Shown: in pieces, positions 17,347 to 26,902 of the stretch
Numbering within the stretch: position 1 is the stretch's first letter
Layout of the letters: each line of letters begins with the position of its first letter
Virus record (IMG/VR): IMGVR_UViG_3300045971_000437
Span: 6,515-70,514 of that record
Source of the DNA: a virus
Strand: one strand, 5' to 3'
DNA: 64,000 bases
Program-made: the position numbers and the translations under genes
Notes under the pieces: model-generated
What the model saw: the letters and a program-made list of their open reading frames with translations, nothing else
Told to the model about the DNA's origin: nothing
Databases searched by the model: none

Positions 17347-18909
17347 TTAGAAGAAAGGAACAGGTTCGTTCCCATATTGATCGAAATTTTCTGGTGGTCC
17401 CATATCTGAATCGGGTGCAACTGTTTCATAAACTATCTGTCTAGCTTTATCGTCATATGAAGATAATCTATTCAAAACTTTCATAACAACAGCCATCGCC
17501 ATAACAGCATCATCTGTAGAACCAGGTCTTGCTTGATATGTTCCACCAGCAGCAACAAAGTTTTGTAATTCAAATAGTAAAATGTCTGAATTAATTTTAA
17601 TACCACCAGCAATTTTCTCAACCAAATTTTTAAGCTGCATACAAGAAATAATCTTTGATTTTCCTGTTGTGTAGCAACCTAATCTATTATCTGATTCATT
17701 GTATAATTCAGTACCATCTAAGTAAACACCACCATCGACTGCATCATCATTTTGGATCATAGCAACTAAAGCTTCACCGACACCATTGCGCTCGAATGAC
17801 CAGATGACTTCAGCTCGTCCGCGATTTGCATCAGGCTGACGGAGATGCTTTAGCAACCATTTAATTTTGGAATAGATAAGTGGTATACTTACAGAGTTAA
17901 GACGGAGTTCGGCCACCTGAACTAATGAAGGAAATTCTACTACTTCTATAACAGTAAAGTCATTACCATTTCCAGTAGCAGGATCAACCCCAACAAGATA
18001 TGTTTTGTTTCTTCCGCCAATATCGCTTGACCAAAATTTAAAACCCATATTTTCATTGATGGGTGGGGTAGCCTTAAAATAAGATAGCTTAATAGAATCA
18101 ATAAGCATCGCATCTGAAGAAATGAATTCGCAAAGTACCTCTTGACGGAATTTCTTTTCACCAAGCTGACCCTGCATTTCCTTAAGATAATTTTCTCCAC
18201 GTTCTGGGTGTCTAATCCAAGGGAAGAATAACGGTGTAAAGCTTCCAAGTTCTCCTGGGTGGCTATTTGCGCGTCTCCATAGTTGAGCAAATAAATCTGT
18301 ATCACCATTTGGTGTTGATGAAATAATAGCGGAACCACCAGTAGATAATGTAGGTGCTAAAGATGCCCACATTTCTTCTTGAATACGTGGGTTAATAAAC
18401 GCCAACTCATCTAAGTATAATTTTGAAATTGCAAGACCACGACCAGTTTTAGCAGTAGTTGCTTCTGATTTAATCCGTGAACCGTTATCAAATTCAATAC
18501 TATGTTTGTTGTAATACTTACAGCCAGCCTTTAACCAATGCGGAAGTTCTTCATATGCAAATCGTATACGATCCATAATTTCCATAGCATGACTATTGGA
18601 TTTAGATGCCACTAATATAGTTTGATCTTTTACAAACATCGCATACCATAATAGGTACATTGAAATTGTCTGCGTCTTACCCATTTGCCGAGATAGAAGA
18701 GCAATTACCCAGCGATTTTCCTGAAGCGATCTAATTAATTCTTCTTGATAATCATAGAGATCAAACAACATTTTACCTTTTTTGGGATGCTGAAGGTAAA
18801 CATAATTTCTAATGAAATAGACTGGGTCATTTTTACATTTGACTAATTCCTGAACTGACTCTGGAGAATACTCTGATTCTGCAAATGCACGTTTAATTAA
18901 GTCTGACAT
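17347..18909 (-). CDS. 17: Terminase large subunit (gp17-like)
   Basis: SRQMGKT Walker A, YLDELAF Walker B, SSTPNG, GVDPATG, DDAVMA nuclease motifs. Confidence 0.95.
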   Translation of the reverse strand: MSDLIKRAFAESEYSPESVQELVKCKNDPVYFIRNYVYLQHPKKGKMLFDLYDYQEELIRSLQENRWVIALLSRQMGKTQTISMYLLWYAMFVKDQTILVASKSNSHAMEIMDRIRFAYEELPHWLKAGCKYYNKHSIEFDNGSRIKSEATTAKTGRGLAISKLYLDELAFINPRIQEEMWASLAPTLSTGGSAIISSTPNGDTDLFAQLWRRANSHPGELGSFTPLFFPWIRHPERGENYLKEMQGQLGEKKFRQEVLCEFISSDAMLIDSIKLSYFKATPPINENMGFKFWSSDIGGRNKTYLVGVDPATGNGNDFTVIEVVEFPSLVQVAELRLNSVSIPLIYSKIKWLLKHLRQPDANRGRAEVIWSFERNGVGEALVAMIQNDDAVDGGVYLDGTELYNESDNRLGCYTTGKSKIISCMQLKNLVEKIAGGIKINSDILLFELQNFVAAGGTYQARPGSTDDAVMAMAVVMKVLNRLSSYDDKARQIVYETVAPDSDMGPPENFDQYGNEPVPFF

Positions 18910-18937
18910 GGAGCTCCTATATTTTTATCTGATTAGT

Positions 18938-19008
18938 TATTTATCAGGATGAAGCTTGAACTTCATCAGGTTAGTGATACTACGTAGTATCCCACATCGT
19001 GATAAATA
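18938..19008. promoter_or_regulatory. Divergent late promoters (GATAAATA minus at 18945..18938; plus at 19001..19008)
   Basis: Two late-core motifs pointing to terL and the lipoprotein gene, with short palindromes between them. Confidence 0.55.
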
Positions 19009-19047
19009 TAGTTGTGATTAAATCACTTAATTAATTGGAGGAAATAA

Positions 19048-19794
19048 ATGAATAAGTTGAAAATATTATCAATTACATTATCAATTGCTATTTTATCAGG
19101 ATGCGCATCTGGCGAGTATAAAATGTATGTTGAAAGTGTAACTAAAGTTGAGATGTCTAAATCCTTAGCAGAAGCTGCAAAATATAAGGCAATGTCAGAT
19201 ATTGCTGCATCAGGTTCAGAGAGTGCAAAAATGGCTGCAGTAATGGCACTTGCGCTTGGGGGAAATAATAACAATGGTGGAGGTCAACAGACTCAGCTTA
19301 AACCGCCAACTGATATTGGACAGACTGCTTTACAGTGGGCTGGATTATTTGTTCCTATGTTAACACAAGCATATGGTATCCATGCTAATACTCAATTGGG
19401 AATGGCTAATAGTAATAACTCAGCTAGAATTTCTGAAAGTACTAACGCAGCATTTCTTGGTATTGCTGGTAAAATTCAAGCACCTGTTACTGTATTACCA
19501 CAAGCTAATGTAACGACAACAAGTACTGATAGTCATAACACTGCCACAACATTATCTGGTTCAGGTGTCATTGGAAGTGGAACATATGCCGCTAATCCTA
19601 CTACAACAACTAGCACTTTGTCTGGTACTGGTGTTCTTGGTTCAGGTACATACACAACTGCAGCTAATCCTACTACGACTACTACAACTGACAGTCATAA
19701 TACTGCTAATCCAGTTACGACTACTACAACTACTGGACCTAGCACAACAGGTACCACTACAACGGGTGATGTTACATCAACAATCAATCCGTAA
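19048..19794 (+). CDS. Lipoprotein with Thr-rich repetitive C-terminus
   Basis: Lipobox ILSGC at residue 19; repeats TDSHNTA, LSGxGVxGSGTY and ANPTTTT. Confidence 0.75.
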   Translation: MNKLKILSITLSIAILSGCASGEYKMYVESVTKVEMSKSLAEAAKYKAMSDIAASGSESAKMAAVMALALGGNNNNGGGQQTQLKPPTDIGQTALQWAGLFVPMLTQAYGIHANTQLGMANSNNSARISESTNAAFLGIAGKIQAPVTVLPQANVTTTSTDSHNTATTLSGSGVIGSGTYAANPTTTTSTLSGTGVLGSGTYTTAANPTTTTTTDSHNTANPVTTTTTTGPSTTGTTTTGDVTSTINP

Positions 19795-19814
19795 TTCAGT
19801 TAGTTCAGCACGCC

Positions 19815-19844
19815 AAAAAGCCCTCTTAAAGAGGGCTTTTATTT
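19815..19844. terminator. Bidirectional intrinsic terminator
   Basis: aaaagccctc-ttaaa-gagggctttt between convergent genes. Confidence 0.8.
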
Positions 19845-20231
19845 ACCGTGGTCTTTATCTTGCCAGAATAACTTACCCATAGTCGTTTGAAGTTTAGCTG
19901 GTCTGATATCATTACCCAGCTCTCTTGCAAACTTATACATTTCTGTTGCAATACCTTTTCTACGATGCGCTGGTTGAATAGCTAAATCTAAAGCTTCTAA
20001 TTTGCCATCCACCTCTTCAAAGTTAACCCAACCGCAATCAACACCTTTATCTGTTCTAGCAGTGATTCTAAATTGATCGCTCTTTACTTTTTCACCAAGC
20101 TTAAGATATCCAGGTGATGCATAAAGCGTATATGTGCCATCTAAAATTTCTTTAGTCTGTCGAAAACCCTTCTTAAATAACTTAGCATTAACTTTTTCAG
20201 TTAAGAAAGTTTTAAAATTTAGCTTAGACAT
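19839..20231 (-). CDS. GNAT acetyltransferase with capsid-targeting-like leader
   Basis: LAIQPAHRRKGIATEMY acetyl-CoA motif, QTTMGKLFW; N-terminal FKTFLTE. Confidence 0.8.
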   Translation of the reverse strand: MSKLNFKTFLTEKVNAKLFKKGFRQTKEILDGTYTLYASPGYLKLGEKVKSDQFRITARTDKGVDCGWVNFEEVDGKLEALDLAIQPAHRRKGIATEMYKFARELGNDIRPAKLQTTMGKLFWQDKDHGK

Positions 20232-20448
20232 TTTTAAATTTCTTTATTTCTTCAGCTATTTGTTTTTCAATCTGCTTAGTAGTTTTACCAGTATGTACTG
20301 ATAATACTTTAAATAAAGCAGCTTCATACTGTGATGCAGTGGGTCTAGTGTCATCATTACCCGACATGTAATTATTGCCAATAGATTTCTGCAATGACAT
20401 TGCGGCAATTGTAATTAAATCTTGTCCAGCTGCTTCATATAATTTCAT
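20224..20448 (-). CDS. Small putative internal head protein
   Basis: MKLYEA leader. Confidence 0.5.
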   Translation of the reverse strand: MKLYEAAGQDLITIAAMSLQKSIGNNYMSGNDDTRPTASQYEAALFKVLSVHTGKTTKQIEKQIAEEIKKFKNV

Positions 20449-21272
20449 TTTGATTCCTCATTAAGTGCTTCAATCATTTTCTTCCACATACTTTCAGATA
20501 TTAACATACAAGGTCCACCAACCCATACTTCTGAGTCTAAGTTATGATTTAGTGTTTTAGTTGTCTGACATGTGAATCCCAGAACATATGGACTATAAGC
20601 CCTAAATACTTCCTTTAAGAATCCATTATAATATCTTTTAAATGCAATTGCCTCTTCATCTTCGAAACCTCCAAATGCATTTTCGAAATTTTTAATTGCA
20701 TTTATATCGTTATGTTTTAATTTCTTATCAAATTGTTCCCAATCCTTCCAACTAGTAGCTAGCTTTAATTCTGGAATTCTACTAAATGAAGAATTAACTG
20801 CTTCTATTCTATCGCCAAATTCATCGTCAAATAGGCTAATTCTATGACTCCACATATCACCAGCGGCAACGACACCAATTTTAACCCCATCATATGGAAT
20901 TAATACAAATGCATTATCACCATAACCAGATGCATTTTCTATTTCTGTTGTAGCAATAAATGATCTTGATCTCTTAGGATACTGTTTCATATCTGGATGA
21001 TTATCAAATATTAGTGTATAATAATTCTTTGTGTTTTGACTCTTTCTAACTGTCTTTGATGGATCAACTGTTGCAAATCCAGTTTTATGAACAGGTTTTT
21101 CTGCTTCGTCGTCACCGCGATATAACGGCTTATTTTCAGTCAACATCCATAGCGCATCTTTACAACGAGCATTAAGTAATTTTATAGCTTCTTTAACTTG
21201 TATAGAATTATATGAAGGTTTGCGCAAAATGTTATCTGCTGCTTCATTTATAAATGTTTTAAATGTTATCAT
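20445..21272 (-). CDS. ADP-ribosyltransferase-fold head protein, paralog 1
   Basis: FKTFINE leader; LYRG / RSFIATT..ASGYG / SEVWVGG. Confidence 0.6.
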   Translation of the reverse strand: MITFKTFINEAADNILRKPSYNSIQVKEAIKLLNARCKDALWMLTENKPLYRGDDEAEKPVHKTGFATVDPSKTVRKSQNTKNYYTLIFDNHPDMKQYPKRSRSFIATTEIENASGYGDNAFVLIPYDGVKIGVVAAGDMWSHRISLFDDEFGDRIEAVNSSFSRIPELKLATSWKDWEQFDKKLKHNDINAIKNFENAFGGFEDEEAIAFKRYYNGFLKEVFRAYSPYVLGFTCQTTKTLNHNLDSEVWVGGPCMLISESMWKKMIEALNEESK

Positions 21273-22260
21273 TCTGTTTTCTTTTATTGTTTGTCACCAT
21301 CTTTTGCCACATAGCTAAATGTATCAATAGACATTCTCCGCCTATCCATACTTCTGTGACGTTGGTATGTGGTATTTTTTCGAGCAATGTTTTTGTAGTT
21401 GCAGACTTCATGCCCAAATTTAGAGCACCATAAGCTCTTTTTACCTTTTTAAGAAAATCTGTTGATGCACTGCGAGATTGAGGCGCGTGTAGATAATATC
21501 TTACGGCTTGATTAAATTCAGCTAGAGCCGCCTCATCATTATCTTGCAATCGCTTGTCATAATCTATCCATTTTTGCCAATCATGTTCGGATAAAGAATC
21601 GAACATACTCCAAAACATATTAAAACCATCTAAATCAGATTCTATATCAAATAATTCTATATTATTATCCCAAATATCTTCTTTTCCGACTATCCCAATT
21701 TTAACACCATCATATGGAATAATTATAAATGGGGTTGAATCGCGCGAATAACCATCAGCTCTATCATAAGTATTTGCTGCTATAAATGACCTTGATCGTT
21801 TTGGAAATGAATCATTTAAAACATTATCAAGTATTAAGGTATAGTAGTTTTTTGTATTTTGACTTTCGCGTTGTGTAGCTGATGTATTTACCGTTGCGAA
21901 TCCTTTAGGAAGATCAACGAACCTGTCACCACGAAATAAAGGCTCGTTTCTATCTAACATCCACATAGCATCTTTACAGTGAGTATTAAATATTCTTAAA
22001 GCTTCTTCTTCATTTATGTGTAGATATTCTGGCTGCTTATCTATTGCTCTCTCATTTATAAATTCTTTAAATGATTTAGCTTCTTTTAGACCTAGCATCT
22101 TCTTTAGAACACCAGTAGTTAAAGCCCAAAATGATGGATCATCTTCAGACTTATCATATTGATCTTTAACTATCTTTTTAGCGTGAGCCCACTTGTGCTC
22201 TACATCAGCAAGAGTATGACCAGATTTTTTAGCGAAATGCTTTAATGCAGTAGCTGGCAT
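21259..22260 (-). CDS. ADP-ribosyltransferase-fold head protein, paralog 2, with extra N-terminal helical domain
   Basis: Internal FKEFINE; LFRG / RSFIAAN..ADGYS / TEVWIGG. Confidence 0.6.
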   Translation of the reverse strand: MPATALKHFAKKSGHTLADVEHKWAHAKKIVKDQYDKSEDDPSFWALTTGVLKKMLGLKEAKSFKEFINERAIDKQPEYLHINEEEALRIFNTHCKDAMWMLDRNEPLFRGDRFVDLPKGFATVNTSATQRESQNTKNYYTLILDNVLNDSFPKRSRSFIAANTYDRADGYSRDSTPFIIIPYDGVKIGIVGKEDIWDNNIELFDIESDLDGFNMFWSMFDSLSEHDWQKWIDYDKRLQDNDEAALAEFNQAVRYYLHAPQSRSASTDFLKKVKRAYGALNLGMKSATTKTLLEKIPHTNVTEVWIGGECLLIHLAMWQKMVTNNKRKQNDNI

Positions 22261-22263
22261 GTT

Positions 22264-22899
22264 TTAAATTTTTGTAAGTTGTTTCCAGATAACTAATGGC
22301 ATTGATGTAATCATTTTATCTTCATAGTAGAGACAGACTTCTTCATCGTCATCTAGCATTACAGAATAATCACCAGCTCTGCCAAGAAGTTTAGGTTTAA
22401 CTGGCTCAGCTGGTTCTTGTTCATCTTCTTTAACAGATGGTCTTGGGAAATTTGCAAATTGTGGATCTTTGTTGTCATCTTTAATACGTTGAGCTTGCTT
22501 ATATTCTGCATCTTCTATTTGATCATATAATTCATCACGTAGGAATCCTGACAATCTTTGACCGGATAAATTATCTGGATTAGCTATGTCTATCGATTTT
22601 GGATTTGAGCTTCCTGGAAGAAAATAAAATACACGCCACATATCAACTTGGGTTTTTTCATTCTCATTCAACTCATCGTCATACACAGCTTTGATCATAT
22701 CAATAAGCATATCTGTATCTAAAATCTGTTCATCTGGAGCTGCTATTTCTTTTGCCTTATCAGCAATCGCATCCACAGCATCTTCATAAGTCATTCCTTT
22801 AGCATCTACAAGCTTAATAGCTTTATCAATAACATTTTCAAGGTACTCTTTAGAGCGACTTTCTTTCAGTGTCAATAATTCTTTTAATAAGTTACTCAT
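22264..22899 (-). CDS. Putative internal head/core protein
   Basis: LLKELLTLKE leader, acidic. Confidence 0.55.
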   Translation of the reverse strand: MSNLLKELLTLKESRSKEYLENVIDKAIKLVDAKGMTYEDAVDAIADKAKEIAAPDEQILDTDMLIDMIKAVYDDELNENEKTQVDMWRVFYFLPGSSNPKSIDIANPDNLSGQRLSGFLRDELYDQIEDAEYKQAQRIKDDNKDPQFANFPRPSVKEDEQEPAEPVKPKLLGRAGDYSVMLDDDEEVCLYYEDKMITSMPLVIWKQLTKI

Positions 22900-22907
22900 T
22901 TCATTTC

Positions 22908-24485
22908 CTAGTTTAATGGGACTACAGTTGTTTTCTTAAATTTTAATGTGCCTGATAAGGCTACGCTTGCAGCTTTAACTTTAGATGGAAATTCTACAGC
23001 TTTACCATCTTTCTTCCAAAGCTTACCATCTATTTCAATACCAAATTTCATATCAGATTTAGTATCTTCATGACCTAACTCTTGATCTAATTCATTAGCT
23101 TTGAATGAAGCTTTATTCATTAGGGTACTCACAGCGCCCTTAAGGCCAGCCTCATAAAAATTATCCTCTGAAAGAACAACACCTTTATCATCTTCTTGAT
23201 CCCATACACCATAACAACGATCTTCGCCTTTTATTTCTGCAGAGACAGTCATCTTCTTACCTTGCATTTTACTCATGAAGGTAATTCGTTTAGCTTGTTG
23301 CGGATAAGAATTTTTAACTGCTTGTTTCCAATCTTCAATGTCAGTGTATGTAATAGCTTCTTTAAGTTTTTTGTATTTGTAAAGAATATTTTCTGCATCA
23401 GCATTATGTTTCTTAGCCATATTCATATGGCTAATACCAGCTAAATCTTTTGTTGATTCGTATTTATCCATGCACTCTGCTTCTTGAATTTTTAATCCTA
23501 GATATGTTTGACGATCTTTAGGATCAGTAATAATATCTTCAACTTTGTTTTCATTAAAAGCAATTGCTAATTCGCGCTCTTTAATTTGATGTCTTAGCTG
23601 TTTAATTTCTTTAGCTACAGATGGCTTGATATCGATCTTTTTATCGAGCTCGGCTATTTTCTTTTTAAGCCATTCAATTTCATGCGCAGCATTACTTGAA
23701 ACGGCTTCACCTAGCATAGCTTTTAATTTATCAATATCGGCTTGAGTCTCTGCTTTTTCGTCAGTGTGTTCTATCGGTGCAACTTTTGGATCTGATACTT
23801 CAGATTTATTTCTAAAGTGAGATACAGATGCCTTTAAAACTCCATCTTCATTTCTAAAATAGATAGAAGCAAGACCGTGATTAGCTTTAGCATTTTGTGT
23901 TATAACGTACTCACCATCTTTACTCCATTTTATATCTACATTACTAGATTTAAAATTCTTTCTAATCATATCACGTTGTTCTTTTGTAAGAGGCAACATC
24001 TTTGCTTCTTTTTTCTTAGGAGAAAGAATACCTTTAGCAAATGATTTAATTTTATCTGCTACGCCTTCATCTAATGGACCCCAAGCATGCAGGCTTGTGT
24101 CTTCATTTAATTTACGCTTCTTCATTTCAGCTTTCAATGCTGCTCGAAGCGATGTATATTCTGTGTCCCAACCAGCAACACCCTTATTAATATCCGTACT
24201 ATACTTGATTAAATCGTTATCACTGAGTGCTACAATTTTTCTCATTTTGACACCACCATTAGCTAGAGTATCAAACTTATCGTATCTTTTAAAATGTTTA
24301 GAGGCAGACTTTTCATCTTTATTAACGATAGATGCAGTTGCTGCTTTTTCTATTTCTTGTCTAGCTCTATCTTTTGCTGTTTTACCAGCGAACATACGCT
24401 TAACATCTTTAACAAGTCCTTCGTTAACTTCTGTTATTTCTTTAGCGTCTTCTTCTAATTTAACAAATGATGATAGTAATTTCAT
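22908..24485 (-). CDS. Putative internal head protein with many gp21-type cleavage motifs
   Basis: Repeated [LIVF]xE[AGDN] junctions; late promoter at 24532..24525. Confidence 0.55.
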   Translation of the reverse strand: MKLLSSFVKLEEDAKEITEVNEGLVKDVKRMFAGKTAKDRARQEIEKAATASIVNKDEKSASKHFKRYDKFDTLANGGVKMRKIVALSDNDLIKYSTDINKGVAGWDTEYTSLRAALKAEMKKRKLNEDTSLHAWGPLDEGVADKIKSFAKGILSPKKKEAKMLPLTKEQRDMIRKNFKSSNVDIKWSKDGEYVITQNAKANHGLASIYFRNEDGVLKASVSHFRNKSEVSDPKVAPIEHTDEKAETQADIDKLKAMLGEAVSSNAAHEIEWLKKKIAELDKKIDIKPSVAKEIKQLRHQIKERELAIAFNENKVEDIITDPKDRQTYLGLKIQEAECMDKYESTKDLAGISHMNMAKKHNADAENILYKYKKLKEAITYTDIEDWKQAVKNSYPQQAKRITFMSKMQGKKMTVSAEIKGEDRCYGVWDQEDDKGVVLSEDNFYEAGLKGAVSTLMNKASFKANELDQELGHEDTKSDMKFGIEIDGKLWKKDGKAVEFPSKVKAASVALSGTLKFKKTTVVPLN

Positions 24486-24545
24486 GTTATTTTCTCTTAA
24501 TAAGGTGGTTGTAGCAAGCTACTTTATTTATAGGTCAGGCAGATG

Positions 24546-24848
24546 TTATCTTGGATCTACATCATCATGATAAACTTTCGCGATGATCTTACCCAATCCA
24601 GGAAGTTTGTGTCTTGTTAATCGTTCAGTTAACTTTTCTGAAAGATCAGGTTGAAGACCTTTAGATCTTTCATTATCATTGCAGTCAGCAATAACTTTTA
24701 TAATCGATCTACCATCTTTATTAGATAATAATTTAATTTTAAAAACTTTGCATGCTATAAGCTCTTCCTCTGCAATGTGGTGTAAAATATCTTCCCACTT
24801 CTCAACAGCAACTTCTGCTTTAGTTTCAAATAATTCGCTTAATTTCAT
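24546..24848 (-). CDS. Small putative internal head protein
   Basis: MKLSELFE leader. Confidence 0.5.
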   Translation of the reverse strand: MKLSELFETKAEVAVEKWEDILHHIAEEELIACKVFKIKLLSNKDGRSIIKVIADCNDNERSKGLQPDLSEKLTERLTRHKLPGLGKIIAKVYHDDVDPR

Positions 24849-25513
24849 AATGTGTCCAAAAACGGTTTAACTTCATCTAAAAATATTTCGTGCTTCTCAC
24901 TCCAAGAGATATTGAACGCATAATACTTATCGCACTTCCACATAATTTCGTTTGTACTAGAAAGTAATCTTAAAAAATTGGTATTAAATTCCCAGTCAGA
25001 ATTTTCTATATCGTTAATTAATTCAGTGCTAGTCAACTCATATTTTTCTTTTGTGTTGTTTGCTTGTTTTTCATAGGGCAACTTCCTCTGATTATTTAGC
25101 ATGTCATTCCAAATATCTGAATGTAGTTGTGTTAAGTCACTAAACCTATGATCAAGCGTTCCAAACCATTCAAATTTTCCAATAGGAAAAATGGCAGTTA
25201 AATCACCATATGCACCTGCTACTCCGATGTCTCCAGATCCAAATGTCCAATTTCTAAATGGTTCACCATATTTTTGCCAAAAATATCCATTTAGTACATC
25301 ATGGACTTGAGAGGGCATATCTACAGGTCTTTTACGTTCGTGCCATTCCCTAATATCAAAATCTTTAGGAGCATGCTTATCACCGCGATAAAGTAACTTT
25401 TTACCTTTAGTTCCTTTTAGCAGCTCTAAAAATGGAGCACAGTCTTTTTTAAATTTTTCAAGATTGAATGTTGATTCATCTTCTTCATTTATAAACTGTT
25501 TAAATCCTATCAT
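24845..25513 (-). CDS. ADP-ribosyltransferase-fold head protein, paralog 3
   Basis: FKQFINE leader; LYRG / NWTFGSG..AGAYG / NEIMW; start moved to the ATGA overlap. Confidence 0.55.
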   Translation of the reverse strand: MIGFKQFINEEDESTFNLEKFKKDCAPFLELLKGTKGKKLLYRGDKHAPKDFDIREWHERKRPVDMPSQVHDVLNGYFWQKYGEPFRNWTFGSGDIGVAGAYGDLTAIFPIGKFEWFGTLDHRFSDLTQLHSDIWNDMLNNQRKLPYEKQANNTKEKYELTSTELINDIENSDWEFNTNFLRLLSSTNEIMWKCDKYYAFNISWSEKHEIFLDEVKPFLDTL

Positions 25514-26241
25514 GACTTGTACCATCCAGATATTTTCTTAGCTAGTACTTCTCTTGGAATAATTTCCGGTGAAATGTATTTTTGCTTCTTATTTTTCATT
25601 TCTTCAATCATTCGCTTGCCTACTGGATTTTCAAGAGGCTCAGAGAAAAATGATTGAACAGCTTTAAAAGCATTGTTCATACTCTTATCATCGAGGATAC
25701 CACTGTTATCAACTTGTCTGAAGAAATTAACTTTGCCTTTTAAGAAGGTAGCATTTTCTAAATTTTGTTCGTGTACCTGCTTAATAAAGTCTTCATCGAC
25801 ATGTCTGCCGGTTTTCTCAGCACGATCTTTAGCACGCTTAATAGCTACATCTAGAGGAGCATCTACAAATACAACTCCTATATCGTATCCTAATGATTCT
25901 AATATACCCATGCGATGTAGAATATTAGACACATCATTTGATGTTCCATCTACAAACAATGGTAATATTCCATCTAAATAATTAGTAAGAAGTGTTTCAG
26001 TTATCCGGTGGGCCGTATCTTTAAAGTCTGACCATGAATCAGAATTAATTTGTTTCTTCCACTTAGTAGAAAGAAATTCAGCAGCCTTGTCAGTATTAAC
26101 AACTTTCGGTGATACAGCTCCACTGATTTGTTTTACTGTGTAGCTCTTACCTGCGCCAGGTAAACCTACAACAAAAACCGCTTTCAAAATACCTTTATCA
26201 TTAATTGATTCAGATATAAAATTTTTAAATGTTATGTTCAT
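25510..26241 (-). CDS. Zeta-toxin-like P-loop kinase with capsid-targeting-like leader
   Basis: FKNFISE; VVGLPGAGKS, VNTD, FVDGT, GYDIGVVFV, RAEKTGRHV. Confidence 0.7.
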   Translation of the reverse strand: MNITFKNFISESINDKGILKAVFVVGLPGAGKSYTVKQISGAVSPKVVNTDKAAEFLSTKWKKQINSDSWSDFKDTAHRITETLLTNYLDGILPLFVDGTSNDVSNILHRMGILESLGYDIGVVFVDAPLDVAIKRAKDRAEKTGRHVDEDFIKQVHEQNLENATFLKGKVNFFRQVDNSGILDDKSMNNAFKAVQSFFSEPLENPVGKRMIEEMKNKKQKYISPEIIPREVLAKKISGWYKS

Positions 26242-26243
26242 TA

Positions 26244-26900
26244 TTAAACTACCCAAGGGTCTACTATAATCGGAGTTCCATCATTGCGATGCATAAAATT
26301 GCTACCATGTAAATCAAAATTATAATCTCTCTGATTGGCTATTTTGCATAACGATATTATTGTATCTAATAAGAGATTAAATTTTTCTTCACCAAGCAAT
26401 ATTGCTAATTGATTTATTTCGTCAAAGTCTTTAATGTATAAAGCGGACTCATTTTCTAAATCTTTTTGCTTGCTGCCTAACTGCTTGAGCACTAACTTTT
26501 TAATTTTCTGCGGATCGCCATCTTCAATATAACCAGAAATCATACCAAGTGCATTTGATAATTTAGGTGGAAGTTTTTGTAATTTTTCCATTCTTATTTG
26601 CAAATAATCTTTACCATCTTTACCATACGTAAAGTTAGTCCATCCAGAAAATTTAGGAAGAAATGGATTTTTAGAATGATCTTTACAATACTTTGCCCAA
26701 TAAGCAAACATGTCATGCCCTTCATTATGACCAGAATAATGCGAGCCAAATACTTTTAATACCTGTTCAGTTCCTGGTTCTAAAAATGCAGTTTGATCTA
26801 CACCATTACCTAATTTTTTATATCCCTTAGCTTGAAGATATTTAGTAATACTATCTGGGGTGTGGGACCACTCAGTAATAAATTTTTTAAATGATACCAT
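26244..26900 (-). CDS. Ser/Thr protein kinase-like (T7 gp0.7-type) with capsid-targeting-like leader
   Basis: FKKFITE; LGNG Gly-loop, VLKV, DLHGSNFM catalytic loop, IVDP. Confidence 0.75.
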   Translation of the reverse strand: MVSFKKFITEWSHTPDSITKYLQAKGYKKLGNGVDQTAFLEPGTEQVLKVFGSHYSGHNEGHDMFAYWAKYCKDHSKNPFLPKFSGWTNFTYGKDGKDYLQIRMEKLQKLPPKLSNALGMISGYIEDGDPQKIKKLVLKQLGSKQKDLENESALYIKDFDEINQLAILLGEEKFNLLLDTIISLCKIANQRDYNFDLHGSNFMHRNDGTPIIVDPWVV

Positions 26901-26902
26901 TA

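Noticed and set aside
4107-18909. Inteins in RNR, UvsW, UvsX or TerL
   Set aside because: Lengths and motif spacing are normal; no C/S...HN splice junctions or LAGLIDADG motifs seen
24097-24570. 157-aa plus-strand ORF and similar antisense ORFs (e.g. 9691..10116, 16458..16886)
   Set aside because: Fully overlap well-supported minus-strand genes; composition mirrors the sense codons
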